A stretch of DNA of 64,000 nt from Octopus sinensis (Eukaryota): assembly GCF_006345805.1 (NCBI RefSeq), contig NC_043024.1, forward strand, positions 10,168,001-10,232,000, given 5' to 3'. The position numbers and the translations under genes are program-made. Below are positions 60,590-64,000 of this stretch, piece after piece; position 1 is the stretch's first letter, and every line of letters starts with the position of its first letter. The notes beneath the pieces were generated by a model. That model made no database searches. It was not told the DNA's origin and was given only the letters and a program-made list of their open reading frames with translations.

Positions 60590-62760
60590 GTGTATTGTGT
60601 AAATAAATCCCCCTCCTTGGACATATAACATCACCAGTGAAACACACCTGGTTATTATGAAACTACCGAATGGAAAATCACACGGGAGAGACGTGACAGC
60701 TACTGGTACACAAAAGCGCACGTTCTAGAAGGAAATTCTCACGAATCTGTTTGAAAAAACAATGGACGATGAGCTATATAGATCAGATTGGCTGACGGTT
60801 GCACGAACTGCTCTTATTCCCAAGAACAAAGAGCAGCGTCTGTCCGAAGACTATAGACCAAAGACTTAGCTAGCTTGAATGTTATGTACAAGTTGTACAC
60901 AGGTTGTCTGGGTATGTTTCTCAAAGACCACAGCCAAACAAATGGTGTGATAACCAATGAACAGACAAGAGCGAAGAAAGGAGTCCGGTGCTGTGCTGAA
61001 CAGCTCCTCCTCAACAAAGCTGTCCTCCAGGAAGCCAAGGAACATTGCCATAATCTTTTAACGATATGGCTAAGCTACAAGAAGGCGTTCGAATCCGTAC
61101 CTCATTCATGGATGATAGAATCACTACGCTTTGCCAAAATACCAGCTATTATAGTGGATGCCATTGATAGACTGACCACATCATCATCATCATAGTTCGA
61201 CCGTGGTCAAGACAATGGAATTTACTATGTTACGCCAGACTTCACTGTCCATCATAGCATTACGGAGGTCCTGTTGCTGGATGCCTGTATCCCTGGAGAT
61301 TACATCAGGGTAGGAGAGTGTGCGCCCTCTGGTATCGCGAGTAGATGGCTTCCAGATGAGAAAAGTAGAAATTACCTCGTTTTCAGCTCTACAACAATGT
61401 CCAGCAAACTGGACTCTCCTACCTTTCACAAGAGATGATACAGGTGGTAGTTTCCCATATATTTGCATTTTGGTTGGATGACGCTTCCAAGAAAGATTTT
61501 GAGCTCTCATAAGGAGGCGAGTGTAAGTTCCATCCAACCCCCTCTCAAGCTTCTTTGATAACGTCCAGGTTTCTGAGCCGTATAGTAGAATTGGTTCGAC
61601 TGTGGCTTTGAAGATTTCAAGTTTGAAGTCTCTACTTAGATTTGATGACCAGATCTTATGCATGTCATTACAGGCTGACCAGACCATACCCTTTCTAGTT
61701 AGAAAGTCTTTTCCAGATGATGATATGTATGACTCAAGATATTTATAATCAGAAACCACATTTAAGGAGGCGAGTGTAGGTTCCATCCAACCGCCTCTCA
61801 AGCTTTTTGATAACGTCCAGGTTTCTGAGCCATATAGTAGAATTGGTTCGACTGTGGCTTTGAAGATTTCAAGTTTGAAGTCTCTACTTAGATTTGATGA
61901 CCAGATCTTATGCATGTCATTACAGGCTGACCAGGCCATACCCTTTCTAGTTAGAAAGTCTTTTCCAGATGATGATATGTATGACTCAAGATATTTATAA
62001 TCAGAAACCACATTTAAGGAGGCGAGTGTAGGTTCCATCCAACCGCCTCTCAAGCTTCTTTGATAACGTCCAGGTTTCTGAGCCATATAGTAGAATTGGT
62101 TCGACTGTGGCTTTGAAGATTTCAAGTTTGAAGTCTCTACTTAGATTTGATGACCAGATCTTATGCATGTCATTACAGGCTGACCAGGCCATACCCTTTC
62201 TAGTTAGAAAGTCTTTTCCAGATGATGATATGTATGACTCAAGATATTTATAATCAGAAACCACATTTAAGGAGGCGAGTGTAGGTTCCATCCAACCGCC
62301 TCTCAAGCTTCTTTGATAACGTCCAGGTTTCTGAGCCATATAGTAGAATTGGTTCGACTGTGGCTTTGAAGATTTCAAGTTTGAAGTCTCTACTTAGATT
62401 TGATGACCAGATCTTATGCATATCATCTTATGCATGACTGACCACAGCATGGGCCACACAGTGACCACTGACAACTACTAAAGCAAAACCTGTTGTTACA
62501 AACAGAATTAAGCTATGAATAGGCATATTCCAAGGTGACAGTTTATCTGTAATGTTGTTTATGCAGTCAGTGAACCCCTTGTGGGCCTTGTTGACAAAAT
62601 GCCGTGGCTACATGTTGGGAGATGCAGAAAGGAATAAAATTAATGTCACCCACACATTGATGACCTAAAGTTATATTCTGATTAATTGATCGACATTAAG
62701 GGACAATTGGAACTAGTCACAACATTCTCGCGAGATATAGGAATGGAGTTTGGGAAGGAT
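60590..62760 (+). mobile_element. Degenerate R4/Dong-like reverse transcriptase, split by a later insertion
   Basis: LNVMYKLYT...EQLLLNK...WLSYKKAFESVPHSW, then after the insertion GIFQGDSLSVMLF...IDDLKLY. Confidence 0.8.
61181..62435 (-). mobile_element. 5'-truncated RTE-like LINE with internal 253-bp tandem repeats and 11-bp TSD
   Basis: LLYGSETWTL...RVQFAGHC...; (ATG)n tail; TSD GACTGACCACA at 61170-61180 and 62436-62446. Confidence 0.88.
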
Positions 62761-63058
62761 AAATGCTCATACTTGATGGTCAATCGAGGAAAGACCAGAC
62801 AGAGATGGACATCAATGGTTTATTTATCTCTTTACTCTTTACTCTTGTACTTTTTTCAGTCATTTGACTGCGGCCATGCTGGAGCACCGCCTTTAGTCGA
62901 GCATACCGACCCCAGGACTTATTCTTTGTAAGTCTAGTACTTATTCTATTGGTCTCTTTTGCCGAACCGCTAAGTTACGGGGGCGTAAACACACCAGCAT
63001 CGGTTGTCAAGCGATGTTGGGGGGACAAGCACAGACACAGAAACACACACACACATGC

Positions 63059-63106
<48 letters not shown>

Positions 63107-63190
63107 CCGGAGTAAACCAGAAATGTGAAACAAGGTGGAAAAAAGAGTACTCAAATACGAGGGGTAGAGTAATATCGGTTCTATCTTAAG

Positions 63191-63237
63191 AAAACTGTCC
63201 GACGAACGGGAACGTGAAACTCCGAGTAACAGATTTT
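63191..63237 (+). ncRNA. Minimal hammerhead motif, U4C variant
   Basis: AAAACTGT-CCGACGA-ACG GGAA CGT-GAAAC-TCCGA-GTA|ACAG(A)TTTT. Confidence 0.6.
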
Positions 63238-63505
63238 GTTGAATTTCTGCTGCTTCTAAATAAAGTATATATATATATACATATATACGACGGGCTTCTT
63301 TCAGTTTCCGTCTACCAAATCCACTCACAAGGCTTTGGTCAGCTCGAGGCTATAGCAGAAGACACTCGCCCAAGGTGCCACGCAGTGGAGCCAGGCTAGT
63401 TTAATCAAGATTTGAACAATTTAGTAAGAGACTTAGCATTGTCAAAGGAGAGGGTAGAAGTTTTGGAATCCAAACGGATGGACAGACAGACAGATAGACA
63501 GGTAG

Positions 63506-63742
63506 ATACAATAATGCCGCGTTTATCGCGGGCGTTATGTTTCAAAACACCCCGCGATAGGTGAAAATCCGCGAAGTAAAAACAGTACTGTACTCTATTT
63601 TTTATTATTTTTATAATTCCTATATACTTATTTTATTATAAATGCAAACCAACACCACGGAGGAACCGATGTAAGCTTGAATAATAAACCGCGATAAGTG
63701 AACCGCGGTAGGTGAACCGTGATATTGAGAGGGCTTACTGTC
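63506..63742. mobile_element. Tc1/pogo-like MITE
   Basis: Imperfect TIRs TACAATAATGCCGCGTTTATCGCGG / CGTGATATTGAGAGGGCTTACTGT. Confidence 0.5.
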
Positions 63743-63776
<34 letters not shown>

Positions 63777-63818
63777 CGGATGGACGGACGGATTGACGGA
63801 CGAAAAGATAGATAAACA

Positions 63819-63853
<35 letters not shown>

Positions 63854-64000
63854 GTGTGTGTGTGTATGTATGTGTGTGTGTGTGTGTGTGTCTACTCGTC
63901 AATTAAAACTTCCTGTTCTATATCTAATTGCATCAATGAGTTGCTTCACACACACACACACCACCACCACCACCATCACCACCACCACCATCACCACCAC

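Noticed and set aside
48342-62760. One continuous R4-like element spanning the RLE, CCHC and RT fragments
   Set aside because: Domain order on the + strand is reversed (RLE, CCHC, RT), so these are separate fragments

Overview
Eukaryotic, AT-rich and dense in repeats. The SINE, microsatellite and intron landscape suggests a cephalopod, probably Octopus (inference). Two intron-rich genes converge tail to tail. (1) ESD (S-formylglutathione hydrolase/esterase D), + strand, has 9 coding exons at 6575-19177 (~281 aa). As assembled, coding exon 8 carries three apparent 1-nt deletions and a premature stop, most likely consensus errors. (2) An SLC23/NAT (nucleobase-ascorbate transporter) gene, - strand, has 13 coding exons at 49371->22331 (610 aa); its ATG exon was not found. 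Its signature motif (SENIGTIGITK) is the nucleobase type rather than the vitamin-C type. The rest of the window is several tRNA-derived SINE families (some as head-truncated concatemers), CR1/L2-, RTE- and R4/Dong-like LINE fragments, a Penelope-type GIY-YIG ORF, Helitron/hAT/mariner remnants, minisatellites, a 4.7-kb (TATG)n tract and a 100-N gap. The most striking unexplained structure is about 13 hammerhead-ribozyme (HHR) motifs in sequence-unrelated short elements, many set in (TA)n tracts. They include a 312-nt palindrome holding two head-to-head full-core HHRs in an ESD intron, a circularly permuted ~102-nt unit, HHRs sense to both pre-mRNAs, and core variants (compensatory U3-A8, recurrent U4C, A6U/A6C). 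All ribozyme calls come from manual pairing and need folding and cleavage tests.
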